From positions 29,032,906 to 29,096,905 of the forward strand of contig JAUZTB010000017.1 in the NCBI GenBank assembly GCA_034780895.1: a stretch of 64,000 nt of DNA. Reading direction: 5' to 3'. Source of the DNA: Rhynchobatus australiae. Lineage: Eukaryota. Below, piece by piece: positions 11,671-25,000 of this stretch. The first letter of the stretch is position 1. Each line of letters opens with the position of its first letter. The notes below the pieces were generated by a model. It was not told where the DNA came from. It made no database searches and saw only the letters and a program-made list of their open reading frames with translations. Both the position numbers and the translations under genes were made by a program.

Positions 11671-13816
11671 CTTTGGCAATATAGTCCACATTTTGGATAT
11701 ATTACTTCAGTTTCTGTAATTTCCCTGAGGTATCACTGACATGCTGCCCCCATTCCTTCTCATCTCTCCAGACTGCTGGCTCATGGCTCCCAATGGATCC
11801 ATTTCACGCGAACATTCCGGGTGTGATGGTCTTGCTACCTCAGCTGTCTCTGAACATTTGTACCAAACCCTCTTCCCACAGTGTTCGTATTATGTTGCCC
11901 CCATTGTTGCCTCTTATCTTTGTGGCATTTCCAAACACGTCTTTCTGAATTTTGTGAAAATGGAGTTTGGACAGATCGGTTTTGGAGGAACAGGATGTAA
12001 ATGAGACCTTGTCAAAACTCCTTCCATCTGAATTTAATCAGCCAAATCCAGTTGTTGGCAAACTATAATTGCAAATGGAAAATGAGGCATGAGCCTTCAA
12101 GGGCCAGTTAGTTCAAATTTATAATCTAGTTTATAACAATTTATAATCTAGACAGCCATCACATGAGCACAGCTTAAACAGATAAAGTAACCAGAGAGCA
12201 GTCCTGATTGTAATCAAAGTATGCTACCGTATAGCAAAACATAGACAAGTATATATCAGTCTACCTCCATAGCATTAACTGGCACTAATTTGACACTTCA
12301 CTGCCATTGTTTGAATAAGCCTAATGCTGAGATTCTGAAGTATGGCAGCTTTAGTGAGTTCTTCACTTGACCCAAGTGGCCTACAACTGTAGCTGAATGC
12401 AAAGCAGGAAAATGGTTTATCTTGCCCTGGTACTGTCAGCTCACACATTAATGAGCATCAGATAAATGCTACATTAACTGCAGCTATAAATTAGCCACAC
12501 AAGTAGAATCCTTCATAACAAGAAAGCAACCATAGCAGAACAGTGCTGAACAAAATATAAAATGTCCACTAGATTGCATAGAAGTATATTGCTAATTAGA
12601 AGATTTGTTTCTTGAATTCTCAGTGATTATACTAACCAATCTGACAGCTCAAAGTTCAATCTGTGGTTGCATTCAGATCACTTACCAGATCCTCATACAT
12701 CTCTGATACGAATATGAATTATAATCAACCAAACCACCTCAATTCAATCAATTCCTGTTAAAAAAATTCTAATCTAATTATAAGGATATTAAATGCTGAG
12801 CATGCCAAAAGGGCTAATACCACAGCATAATTAAGGTAATGGAAACGAAAACTGGCAAGGTTTCAAGTCAGCTGGATTCCTTTGCTAAACCCGAGGGGGA
12901 AGAGTCTAGTGCTGGNNNNNNNNNNNNNNNNNNNNNNNNNNNNNNNNNNNNNNNNNNNNNNNNNNNNNNNNNNNNNNNNNNNNNNNNNNNNNNNNNNNNN
13001 NNNNNNNNNNNNNNNNNNNNNNNNNNNNNNNNNNNNNNNNNNNNNNNNNNNNNNNNNNNNNNNNNNNNNNNNNNNNNNNNNNNNNNNNNNNNNNNNNNNN
13101 NNNNNNNNNNNNNNNNNNNNNNNNNNNNNNNNNNNNNNNNNNNNNNNNNNNNNNNNNNNNNNNNNNNNNNNNNNNNNNNNNNNNNNNNNNNNNNNNNNNN
13201 NNNNNNNATAAAATATTAATATAATTTGAAAAGAAAAACACACCAAGGGTAACATTTCTCCACATGCAATATTCCAATTCTATCTTAGGGCATTCCAAAA
13301 AAAGAAGTCCTTTAGGGGTGGTATTAACTTTTTAAACAAAACTGTTAGGTGAGCATTTTACACCAGCTCTATTTTTCTTGCCAATTGTCTACTGCAAATT
13401 TATTTTCAAAACAGTTGTATGGAAAGCACTCTGAAATGCAAAGGAAGAGGCAGTATACATTGTTCAGCTTCAGCACTGAAATAAAAGCTGACCTATCACA
13501 AGAACGCACTAAGTAGATGGGAAGGGCATGGACAGGACATTCGTCAGAGAATTTGAATAGGAGTCCGTTTAGGAGAAGTTGTTCCAAGAAATGGAGAGAA
13601 ACCAAGGCTGGGAAGGGGAAGAATGGGTGGGAAGATGAAAGCGTGGGGTAGGATGTTTGAAGAGGAGGGAAAGGAGAGAAGAATAGAGGTGTGGCAATGA
13701 GATGGCAGTGAACAAGAAGAAGCGAGTGACGTAAGAAAGGAGAGCAAAGGAAAAATGTTTACCACACGAGAAATGAATGGAGTTGGGAGGCGGAATGGCA
13801 AACAGCTGAAAGGCAA

Positions 13817-14080
13817 GGAGCCACCTATTAGTGAAGGCAGACACAGATGATGAATTTCACTACTGTCTTCAATGTGCCAGTATGGCCTATGGTTAATTGT
13901 AAAATGGGATGTTTGAAAATCAAGAGCCCATAGCCGGCACAAAGCATGGTCTGATAGCCACCAGTGACCCCTGCCCTCCTACATGGTCTGAGACCTGGAC
14001 TACTTACAGTAGTCCTCTCAAGATACTGGAAAAATATCACCAATTCTGTCTCTGCAAAATCGTCCAAGCACTGGAATGAT
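13817..14080 (+). mobile_element. RTE-clade LINE fragment
   Basis: Translates (with disruptions) GSHLLVKADTDDEFHYCLQCAS...FENQEPIAGTK...PALLHG.ETWTTYSSPLKILEKYHQFCLCKI, the RTE post-RT region. Confidence 0.8.
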
Positions 14081-14084
14081 GAGT

Positions 14085-14270
14085 GAATCAATGAAGAATA
14101 AGAGGATGACTAGAGCGAAGGTAGGACTGATCAGGGATAAAAGAGGAAACATTTGCCTGGAGTTGGAAGAGGTAGGGGAAGCCCTTAATGAATACTTTGC
14201 TTCAGTATTCACTAGTGAGAGAGAATTTGACGTTTGTGAGGATGGTGTACAACTGGCTGATAAGCTAGGG
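14085..14270 (+). mobile_element. CR1 ORF2 internal fragment running into a gap
   Basis: KNKRMTRAKVGLIRDKRGNICLELEEVGEALNEYFASVFT, the CR1 linker before the RT domain. Confidence 0.88.
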
Positions 14271-14969
14271 NNNNNNNNNNNNNNNNNNNNNNNNNNNNNN
14301 NNNNNNNNNNNNNNNNNNNNNNNNNNNNNNNNNNNNNNNNNNNNNNNNNNNNNNNNNNNNNNNNNNNNNNNNNNNNNNNNNNNNNNNNNNNNNNNNNNNN
14401 NNNNNNNNNNNNNNNNNNNNNNNNNNNNNNNNNNNNNNNNNNNNNNNNNNNNNNNNNNNNNNNNNNNNNNNNNNNNNNNNNNNNNNNNNNNNNNNNNNNN
14501 NNNNNNNNNNNNNNNNNNNNNNNNNNNNCAAAAGATTAGATTCTGTGGGAGCAATAACAATCTTGCTGCAGTTTCAGGAAAAAAAACAGGAAGTTACCCA
14601 ATAGGAAATGTGTTGCAGGAAATACTGCTGACACAACACTGATTCTTTAAAATAAAGCCTTCAACTTACTGAAGTTACAAGTAACTAAAAATGTCATAAA
14701 ACGTTGCCATATCCATTATAATATTAAAAGAAAATTATGTTAAAAAAGATAAAAGGAAGGAGAAAAAGTAGATGGTGAAGTGGGAGAATCATTGATACAA
14801 TGAAGGACAATGAAAATAGATGTTAATGAATGGGAGGGTAAGGAGGCTGAAGACAGGAATTTTGCTTCGGACAAAGGTAAACCAGTGGAGGTAGAATGAG
14901 AAGGCATGGGACAAGAAATGCCTAAGCTGGGGATGGCCAAAACAAAACCAGCATGGGTTTGTTGAACAA

Positions 14970-15162
14970 AATAATGTAGGAAGTGATGCAGGAGTTGGCC
15001 ATCTGACCCTAGCGCTTGTTCCACCACTCAGTAAGGTCACGTCTGATCTTCTACCTCAATACCACCTTCTGGACCAACATCATATCATTTGATATCCAAA
15101 AATCCATCATCCTTGCCTTGAATAAACTGAGCAGAAACTTCTCATCTCAGTCCTGAATGGGT
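14970..15162 (-). mobile_element. CR1 3' UTR fragment
   Basis: gcaggagttggccatctgaccct...ccaccactcagtaaggtcacgtctgatcttctacctcaa. Confidence 0.65.
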
Positions 15163-15810
15163 NNNNNNNNNNNNNNNNNNNNNNNNNNNNNNNNNNNNNN
15201 NNNNNNNNNNNNNNNNNNNNNNNNNNNNNNNNNNNNNNNNNNNNNNNNNNNNNNNNNNNNNNNNNNNNNNNNNNNNNNNNNNNNNNNNNNNNNNNNNNNN
15301 NNNNNCTTTGCTAGTTTTAATAGATTTTAATAGCTTTTTAATTATGTTTTTTACTTCAGTTTGAATATCTATTTTAATTTTCAAGTAAAGCCTACTTGAA
15401 AGGGACAAGGACTCATCACTTTTTATGTCTAAATTTCTCTGAACCTGGACTCCCTTTGACATGTGCCATCAAAGCTGAGCTTTGATAATTTGGATTCCTC
15501 CATTAGCCTTTCATGTTCTTTTGATTTTGAACATTGGAGTATATTTGGAAATATTTTATTATTTAAAATGTAAAAGTACAAAGCCTCTGTTGTTATATAA
15601 CTACTTGTTTTATCATGTCAAGGAGAGTAAATCTTCTGCTTACTTTATACTGTTATTACTCATAGTTGAGTAGCTAGAGATGTAAGACTAAGACAGACTG
15701 ACTTTATTATCTTTCAGGTCATTTGGCCCAAGTTGTCCTAAGTAGCCTTTAGTGATGTTATACTCCTCTCAAGTCTTCTTCTTCATCTAACCTAACAGCA
15801 TAATCTTCTG

Positions 15811-15933
15811 GAGATTGTAGATGCTGGAATCTGGAGCAACAACCAAGATGCTGGAGGAAATCAATTGGTCAGGCAGCACCTGTGGAGGGAAATGGACAGT
15901 TGACATTTCGGGTCAAGACCCTTCACCTGGACT
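15811..15933 (-). mobile_element. Penelope terminal fragment
   Basis: gtagatgctggaatctggagcaac...ctggaggaaatc...ggtcaggcagcacctgtggagggaaatggacagttgacatttcgggtcaagacccttca. Confidence 0.82.
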
Positions 15934-17804
15934 ACTCCTATTTCCTATTCCATTCCCCATTCTTTCCTTTTTATCTTGCTGCTCCTGAAATGCACTGTAT
16001 GTGTTCCCAGCCTTTGGAAGCATAAGTCTCCTGTATATTTATGTTTTAAAAGGAATGGAAATATGAAGGAATCATTTTATGGGACTTGCCAAGCTGCTTA
16101 ATGTTCTGTGCTAATGGAGAAACATGAGAACGTAAATCAGAACAACTGTTTCAGTACATGAGCTTTCACAATGTGGAGCAAAGAGCAAGCTCACAGAGAA
16201 CCCAAATGCAGCACACTGGTACAGGACTGGAGTCAGGATGCTTCCTCAGGACCAAACNNNNNNNNNNNNNNNNNNNNNNNNNNNNNNNNNNNNNNNNNNN
16301 NNNNNNNNNNNNNNNNNNNNNNNNNNNNNNNNNNNNNNNNNNNNNNNNNNNNNNNNNTGCACATAAGATTTGTCTGATTTAATGGAATGCCAGCAAATAT
16401 ATAGAGATTTGGTAAGACCATCTGAAAATTTGAAAACCTCGTTTTTCTTATATTTTATTTTCCATCTTTTTTCTTTCTTTTTGTTCCCTTTCACTTATTC
16501 CAATCTTTTCCTCTTTTATTTCTCCTTCTCCACCTTAGTTCATTGTAATCTTGCCTATTTCTTACCTGCCATTCCTCTGATTCTTTCTCATTCCTTGAGT
16601 CTCAGAGAGAGACCCCTGCTTTCATCCTCTACCAAGTTGTTAGATCCACCAATGCCCTCCCCACAATGTTATAGGATTGCAGATACAACCTGCAGGATAA
16701 AAGACTTTCCAAACCAATGGGAGGTCCCACTCCAGCAAAATCTGGATCATTCCATTTCTAATGCTCAATGCACCTTTTTATGTTTATTTCTGAGGAGCAT
16801 GGGAAACTGCAATGAAATCGGCAACAATGTTTTAGGCAAGTCATACATGTCTCCTGAGAAACTATTTGGTAGCTCATTTTCTCCTATTGTATTTGTGAAA
16901 CCCTTGATGAGTATTTTGTGAATGCTGCTTGTTAAAAAGAAGCTTCTTAAAATAGAACATTGATATAAAAAAGAGGGATATTGTATATTGAGTCAGCCTG
17001 TCCCTTGCCCAATACTGTTTCAGTGAAGACCAAGCCATTTACAGGTTACTAATTGTGGTGTATGTAAATGTATTGGCCATGTTCCTGTCATGTGGGCTAT
17101 GCCAATTGCACTCTATGGTTGGAAGAAAACAATGAAGAAACAGTCACACTACATTTAAGCTCTTGGTTTCTCTTCTACTGTCTAGACCACACCTTACTTT
17201 CAGTTCAACAAGAACCTCAGTAAGCAATAATATGCAATATTTCTTTCCATATGAACCACTCTAAATATGATGAGTGTCAGCTGTGGCCCAGCGATAGCAA
17301 TTTTGCTTCCTGTAGACTGTAAATTCTACGAAATTGTAATGTCAAGAAAATTGTCTGAAAACTAAATGGAAAACAGCAAACAAAAGCCTGGGTTTCCTTC
17401 AAGTGGAAATTGTTCAGGAGTCGCATGCTGGGTACCTCAAGAGCTTTGGTTATTATTGAGTATCTTGACATTGCTCACAGGAGAAAAAGTGCACTCTTGT
17501 ATTACAACATGAACTTTATATGCAAAACATTCAATGTTTAGGAAGAAATTTGACCTTGTGCTCTTCCAACATTGATCTATGTTCTTTGGAGGCTTCAGCA
17601 AAAGAATTTAATATGGCAGTGTTAGACCACTGTTTCTGATCAGTCAGGCATATAATTCTAATGAATTTACCTGTAGATTTTTATATTTTTATTAGGCTTG
17701 AATCCATGAGAAGTTTTCCTACTAGGCCACTCAATCTAAAATGTGAATCAGTGAATCCAACCAAAATTTTGTTAATGTTTTATTCCCAGCAATCAAACAT
17801 CATT

Positions 17805-18178
17805 GGGAGGACAGTGGTGCAGCTGGTAGAGCTGCTGCTTCACAGCTCCAGCAACCCTGGTTCAATCCTGACCTCAGGTGCTGTCTGTGTGGATTTTGCA
17901 TGTTCTCCCTGTGACTACATGGGTNNNNNNNNNNNNNNNNNNNNNNNNNNNNNNNNNNNNNNNNNNNNNNNNNNNNNNNNNNNNNNNNNNNNNNNNNNNN
18001 NNNNNNNNNNNNNNNNNNNNNNNNNNNNNNNNNNNNNNNNNNNNNNNNNNNNNNNNNNNNNNNNNNNNNNNNNNNNNNNNNNNNNNNNNNNNNNNNNNNN
18101 NNNNNNNNNNNNNNNNNNNNNNNNNNNNNNNNNNNNNNNNNNCTGTTCCATGTTTTTTGCAATGACTCTATGACTCTA
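17805..18178 (+). mobile_element. HE1-like V-SINE (centre in gap)
   Basis: A-box tggtgcagctgg, B-box ggttcaatcc, V-domain start ttgcatgttctccctgtgact, tail tgactctatgactcta. Confidence 0.88.
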
Positions 18179-19199
18179 ATCAGCTTTCAGTACTAAGTCA
18201 TGAGATTGGGAGAAGCCTCTCAAATTTTGGGCTCCCTTATAATATTGCCACACTATAAATATACCCTCCTACCAGTGGCACTGCTGTGGTTCTGCAATCA
18301 TCCATTTCCCAGTTCCACATCCAACTCATTAGAGAAGCATCTATGTTACTTCCCTGCACTACTGTCAGGGCCATTGGGTTAATGTGATGACGGTGCACTT
18401 CTAGTTCTCCAGATCTTTTGGGTTCACTGGCAGTTCTGGGTTTGGGTGTGACTGGCATGATTCATGATTAAGATCATAATTGACATCTGGTTGATGTCCT
18501 TGGAGCCTGACATTTAAGTACTGAAATGACGCTTCCCCGACTGAGGTAGGTGTACCTAACGCTGCTGCAAACCTACCATTCAAAATGGCAGCCAATTTTC
18601 AGGGTTCACAAGTGTAGCAGGTATCACGTTTGCAATAGATATGTTTCCACCCAGAATGTTAAGGGTTAAGATTTCCCCTATCTTCTAAATTGTTCTGTGG
18701 CTCCAGAAAATACATTACAGCTTTATTTGTAGATTTTCTCCTTTAGGTCCTGAGGCTTGTTATAAAACTGGAACAAATGGCTGATCTCACTGGCACTCAC
18801 TGACAACTTTCACAAAGAAGTTCCGCTTAAATATATAGCAGTCAGGAGCAGACCCAGAGACTGAGCTCCACACCAACAAGGGGTCTGGCAGCAAATTTCA
18901 GCAAAGACATCAAACCTGAGGAAAATAACCAAATAATTGATGTAATTGTATTCTTGTCTGACTGATATCATTGGCCCCTGACATTCAAATGTTGATGAAG
19001 GTTTCCCCTTCCTGCCTAATGTTGTCATAAACCTGGCAGCCAAAATGATGGCAGATTCACCAATTATTTTCCTTAATATTCATTGCCAGCAGATCTCCAA
19101 TGAAGCTGGATAATCATTTAGATGCACAAAGGGTGTCCTCAAAATATCCTCCTGTACTGCTCGCTCCTCCAAAACAGGCAGCCATACACATCCTTAATA

Positions 19200-19780
19200 T
19201 TGGCCATCAGGCAGCACAGCATGCAGAGAAGATACAAGTTTGAAAGTGTTATCACACTGAAATCTTAACTGCATTTCACACATCAAATTGTGCCAGCACA
19301 GATTATCTGCATGATTCTTGTTCAGCTAAGCAAAGTGGAATGCAAGATGGCCAAGTAGATGCCATCAATTATCCTCTTCAGTTTGAGAAATATAGCACTA
19401 CAGTGAATGTAGGCANNNNNNNNNNNNNNNNNNNNNNNNNNNNNNNNNNNNNNNNNNNNNNNNNNNNNNNNNNNNNNNNNNNNNNNNNNNNNNNNNNNNN
19501 NNNNNNNNNNNNNNNNNNNNNNNNNNNNNNNNNNNNNNNNNNNNNNNNNNNNNNNNNNNNNNNNNNNNNNNNNNNNNNNNNNNNNNNNNNNNNNNNNNNN
19601 NNNNNNNNNNNNNNNNNNNNNNNNNNNNNNNNNNNNGAGTTTTAATATCAGTTTTAGCATTGGCGGAGAAGAGCCACAGGATGCAAAAGAAATGAATGAG
19701 GCATGCAGGTTAAGCCTGGATCGATTAAGAGATACCAAAGCATGTGATTCATGCTCTGCATCTGATGATATCGTTGCTTC
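19200..19780 (-). mobile_element. Possible PIF/Harbinger transposase remnant
   Basis: Reverse-strand AIFLKLKRIIDGIYLAI resembles AGFP.V.G.IDCTHVAI; ASFISFASCGS upstream resembles ALNF.ASGSF; order is as expected but decay is heavy. Confidence 0.4.
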
Positions 19781-19989
19781 TCTGAGGTAGTAAAGCAGAA
19801 ACTTTGAATCCCATCACAAACTGACCCTAATTTCAGAGTTTAAATATAAATAGAAAAGACAGGCACCAGAACACTGGGCTTCATTTCATATAATATTCAA
19901 ATCATCTAACTTAATCTCTGCAGCAAATATTTCTTTTTCCGATGTGTGCATTAATATTTACACTGTGTTTCTTAGCTCTTCTCTGTACA

Positions 19990-20400
19990 ATTCCCTAACC
20001 CATCCTGATGCTCATTCTAGTGAAAACCCGAGGCCAGAGACATCAGAGGTGCCTGCTCTTTGGCTTCCCTCAACTGCACAGTCAATCAAGATACTTGCCT
20101 GCATTCAATTTTGGTCACTTGTGCATCCCGGATTTAAATCTCACCACCACTGTCATTTGCGCTGTCAGTGCCAAAGGCCCTAAGATCCAGAATTTATTCC
20201 TTAAATCTCTCCAAATCTATATCTCTGCTTGCCCCTATAAAAGATGTTTTAAAAATACCTCAATGGAATTTTTCAGCAGATTCCCTAATATCTCCTTTAT
20301 GTACTTTGGTGTATTTTATGTTGCTTGGTAATGCTATTTTGAAGCCCAATGAGAAATTTAAATATGTTATTGGAATTACACAAATGCGAGTCGTTGTTGA
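19990..20400 (+). mobile_element. Decayed L2-like LINE 3' end
   Basis: cttgtgcatcccggatttaa...gccaaaggccctaagatccagaatttattccttaaatctctc...acaaatgcgagtcgttgttg. Confidence 0.55.
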
Positions 20401-22839
20401 TCTTTTTTGTGGCCTTATCTACTCACCTTCTCCCTCCCATTCTTATGGGACTGAAAGAGCCGCAGCACCTTTTCACAACTCAAACCCTGATTATCCTTAA
20501 GCAGGTGACAGAAGCTTAACTGGAGAAGAGACATGAGCAGGAAATCCTATGCAGTTTAATCACTCTGGACTGCCCAGCCATGATGTTCTTGTTTACAGAG
20601 GATGGAATAGGAATTGCAGACTGATGTGTGAAACATGATGGACTTTTTGTCAATAATATTTATTGCAGACAACCACAAGCTATTGAACTATTTTTTGCTC
20701 TAAATATTTACAGGGCAATTTTAACATTTTCCTGATGGGTAGAAGAACCAAGTCACCAAGCAGGTAAAGTTTCTGTTGCTGCCAGTTTGNNNNNNNNNNN
20801 NCACAGGTTTTGTCAGCAATTGAAAAATTAATGTCAGTCATACTTTATCATTTTCCAGGTCTTTCAGGAGAAAAGTAAAGTATAATTTACCTCATTTCAA
20901 AATGTTCCATATATTATGAAGATTACAATCAAATTGTTTTATTCTTGTTTCATGATGTGCACCCCACAGAAAAAAAAGTTTGAGGTGAATGCATTTATTT
21001 TGGTGCTGAATTGAAGTAGGCATTCTGCATTTAACATTCCTGTGCATCTCAAAGTGTTTTCCATATAACTGCTTTGAAAATATATTTAAGCCAGCAGGAA
21101 AGGAAAATTGAACAGGAATAAACTGTTCACCTAATACTTTGTATTTTTTTGAAAGATCAATTTCAACCCCATAGTTTTTGTTTGGAATGCTCAAAGATGT
21201 AACTGGAATATTTCAGGTAGCTATTATTGCAATGTTGCTCATTATTGTATTTGTCTTTTTAAAGTTGAGCTAGTTACTTATTGTAATAATAATAGTTTGA
21301 AAACTGGTGATTACAGAATGAACAACATTTATGATTATATCATATTGTCCTTCTGCTCAGATCCTTTGTAATTCTTATACATATTGGAATCATATGCTGG
21401 TCAATCATCTCTATTGATGGGTAAATTGCAGTGAATTGTCAGAACCCCCAAGTGATTTTTACTAATTTCTAGCTGATATTATCCATTTGGTCAATACATG
21501 GACTATGCCATAGATTTTGTTTACTGTAATGTTCTACATCCTTCTTAAAGTAAAAGATCACAAATAATAAATTGCAGATATTGTTCTTGTCATTGTGTTA
21601 CACATATCATTCAGCTAAAAAATGAATGCTACATCATGAACACCATTTTTCAACTGTAAGACATATAGCTCCCAAAAAAATACCTAATTTTGCCTTTTCA
21701 CATTCATTCAAAAGAAAACCTTTTTCCATACGATGGAATTCTTCCATGAAGGTCCTTCCTCGAATTTCGATGCACTCTTTCCGCAAGCTATATGCTTGTG
21801 TGGGGTTTCTTTCACACTGCATTTATCATTCCCTTCAACAACAGGAGTATGTTTCAGATCTAAGCTTCATCAGTCTAATTAGAACTCCATAGATTGTGTC
21901 ATTTATTTATATGATTTGCACAAAATGTTGCTGGTAAATGTTGCTGGTTATGCCAAATAGGGAGGTAAAAGTCTATTCTGTCTAATGATTGGAATCCTGT
22001 GTCAATGCCACTCTATTTGTGCCAAGATGAGAGAGATGAAGAAAATCAAGCTCTATGTTCCTTAAACAACGTGCATTGATGATTTCTTACAAGCCGTCTT
22101 GTCATTTTCAGCAGTAGAAAGTGGTAAATGAGAACGAATAGTAATGAGATTCTTATTCCAGGCATGTGATTTCCTGCTGTGTCAAGCCATTGGCTTTGAG
22201 ATCAAAGTAGCAAAAGTAGTTTTAAACAGAAACTGCCAGGAGCTTTGCACATTTATAGGAATGTCACTTTCACTAGCAGCACCATGCACACTGTCTGCAT
22301 AGAAGTCAATCTTCAGTAAAGGTCCTGCCGAAGCAGTTCATCACTTTTGGAATTTTTTTCCCGGCTTAAATTAGTAATTATATTGAAAATTCTACCAGTC
22401 ATTTAAATGGTTTGGAGAGAAATTTGATTAAGGTAAGTTCCATTCAAGCAGGCAATTTAAAGGGGTTCTGATCCTTTCAGGTCATTCATTGCATGTTGGC
22501 TTAAGAGCCCAGAGACAAGACGTTCAGTAATGTCAAAGCTTTTATAATGGTATGTGTGATCATCGGAAAATAAACAGTAATATTCTGGTGGACTATACTA
22601 TCATAAAATTCATTCGATGTCAAAGCTCTGATGTTCTAATCAATATGTAGTGTTCGAAATTAGCTAAAACATTTATCGTACCCTAGTTATTATCTAAAAG
22701 TCATCCAAAGTTACTCATTTTTCTGTTGAAGGGTACTACTTAGAAGTAAAATGAATGCAGAGATTACTTAATGGTGAATGCATTAACTTTTCAGGTAGCC
22801 ACATTGGACTTGGTGATTTTTGAGAGCTATACATATACT

Positions 22840-23495
22840 TAAGGAACACAAACTGCCTCTACTTCCTCAACAGGATAAAGAAATTTGGCATGTTCCATTG
22901 ACACTCACTGATTTTTATTGATGCATCATAGAAAGCATCCTATCTGGATGTATGACAGCTTGGTATGGCGACGGCATGGTATGGCAACTGCTTGCCTGTG
23001 ACTGCAAGAAACTGCAGAGAGTTGTGAACACAGCTCAGCGCATCACGGAAACCAGCCTCCCCTCCGTGGACTCTGTCTACTCTTCTCGTTGCCTCGGTAA
23101 AGCAGCCAGCATAATCAAAGACCCCACCCACCCCAGACATTCTCACTTCTCCCCTGTCCCATCAGGCAGAAGATACAAAAGCCTGAAAGCATGTACCACC
23201 AAGTTCAAGGACAGCTTCTATCCTGCTGTTATAAGAATAGTGAATGGTTCCCTAGTACAATAAGATGGACTCCTGACCTCACAATCTTCCTTGTTATGAT
23301 CTTGCACCTTATTGTCCAACTGCACTGCACTTTCTTTGTAGCTTTGACATTTTATTCTGCATTTTGTATTGTTTTATCTTGTATTACCTCAATGCTCTGT
23401 GTAATGAATTGATCTGTATGAACAGTATGCAAGACAAGTTTTTTACTGTACCTCGGTACAAGTGACAATAATAATCCAATTCCAACTCCAGTTCC
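22840..23495 (+). mobile_element. Rex1/Babar LINE, 5'-truncated
   Basis: ORF 22952-23263 MTAWYG...KKLQRVVNTAQRITETSLPSVDSVYSSRCLGKAASIIKDPTHP...PSGRRYKS...FKDSFYPAVIR (DUF1891-type C-terminus); tail gtgacaataataatccaattccaactcc. Confidence 0.92.
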
Positions 23496-23799
23496 AAAAA
23501 TGACACTCTTTTTTGTGTGAATTGCCTCAGATATTTCATCAGATGTTCCTTAAGTTGCTGGTATCACTCTCTCAAAAATTGAAGCGAGCATTACCTGCAA
23601 TGTTGTGAGCATCAAGCTGACTGTAGTGATGAATATTCACATGTCTGAATCTCTTCAGATTGTGGCAGGATTTTTTGACTATATCCTGTAGTTTAACACC
23701 ATTTTTGCAGAAGGTAGTTCATCAAGGCTCTACATTCAAGATGAAACTAGAATTCCTTCCTGCTGAAGGCTATCAGGGGAAGAAAGTGTGTGCCTTTAT

Positions 23800-25000
23800 T
23801 GGAGTTATAAACTTCTGCATGGAGCAAACTTTCATTGGCTGCATGTATATTGCTTTGTGTGTGCCATGTCTCAGCACTACCCTATGCTAGCATAGAAAGT
23901 GATTCTATCCCCTCACTGTTAGCTGATGTGCCATAGATAGTAGCTCATTCAGCTCAATGCTTGGTATCCTGGATGCAGTCATGATGCCATCGTTCTGCAA
24001 GATGCCGCTGTGCAGATTGTATTTGAACAAGCAGACAAGCTAAACTGTAGCTCCTGGATGGTAAGGGTTAACCACTGACAACATGGCTGATGAATCCAAT
24101 CCACAGCAAATGCAGACCAGCATCATGTGCATCGAATGAAAGTCAAATTACCATCGAAATCTGGCACAGCAGAAAAATAGTTTGCCAAAATGGTGCTTGC
24201 ACTGCCTGATACAGCCTAGCAGTACTTCTCAAAGTGGGTGTGAAGACTTATAGTGATCTGCTGCAGGCTGTATAACCTCTCCATGATGAATGACAGCCTG
24301 CATCAGCAGCTGCATGGTGAGTGATAGAGAACTAGGAACATGAGATGGAGAAGAACTGGAAGGGAGAAGCCAATCTACACATTCCCATTTTGGTCAGGGT
24401 GACCNNNNNNNNNNAACTCTCTAAGTCATTAACTGTCCCATATCTTGTCACTCACCATCACAGCATCACCTTGGCCACAATGTAAAATCAAATGTCACCA
24501 CAAAATAAGCATCGCAGACCAAATTTATGAATTAAATCATTTGTATCATTTACAAAGGTCAACGATCACCTGCCTGTACTCTCACTTTCTTGATAGAATT
24601 GGGTATTTAAAGATGCACTCACTAACCTCAGCAGCATTTGCAAAGGCATTGATCTTCTCCTGGCAAGTATCCCTGTCCTCGCAATTACATTTATACAATT
24701 AATTTTGGCAGAAATGTGCTTCAACTGTCTCTTAGACGGCTTCACAATCCCCTCTGATTAAAGGGCAATACTTCTCCTTCCCATTCCCTCCATTAATGCT
24801 GCCATGGAGCATCCAAACCATTGGCAGATAGTCTCTCTTATTCTTCACTGTTTCCTAGATCAGATTTGCATGTAGAATGCTCACCAGCTTCTGCTCCAGC
24901 AACAACGCATCTCCCTTTTAAGAGATGCAGGCTGGCTTTAAGTGATGCCAGCCATTCATGATATCGGTCCCCTTGCTATTGCATCCAGCCAATCAAGAGC
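23800..25000 (-). mobile_element. Very old RTE-like LINE remnant
   Basis: Reverse strand shows decayed equivalents of RGISLL..GKAFA (about 24665-24630), F.DL.KAFD (about 24570-24548) and AS..FGKL (about 24200-24180) in the correct order. Confidence 0.4.

Noticed and set aside
13540-13815. Long purine-rich tract with several reverse-strand ORFs
   Set aside because: Compositional skew explains the lack of stop codons; there is no coding signal.
16370-16921. 183-aa ORF
   Set aside because: It runs through low-complexity pyrimidine-rich DNA, the translation is F/L/S-biased, and no domain is recognisable.
17805-17870. A/B-box pairs as tRNA genes (also 31443 and 48820)
   Set aside because: They continue directly into V-domain and LINE tails, so they are SINE heads rather than tRNAs.
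21634-21822. LRKECIE as a Gla-domain or mariner C-terminal motif
   Set aside because: The match is too short, other conserved residues are absent, and there is no good minus-strand splice acceptor.
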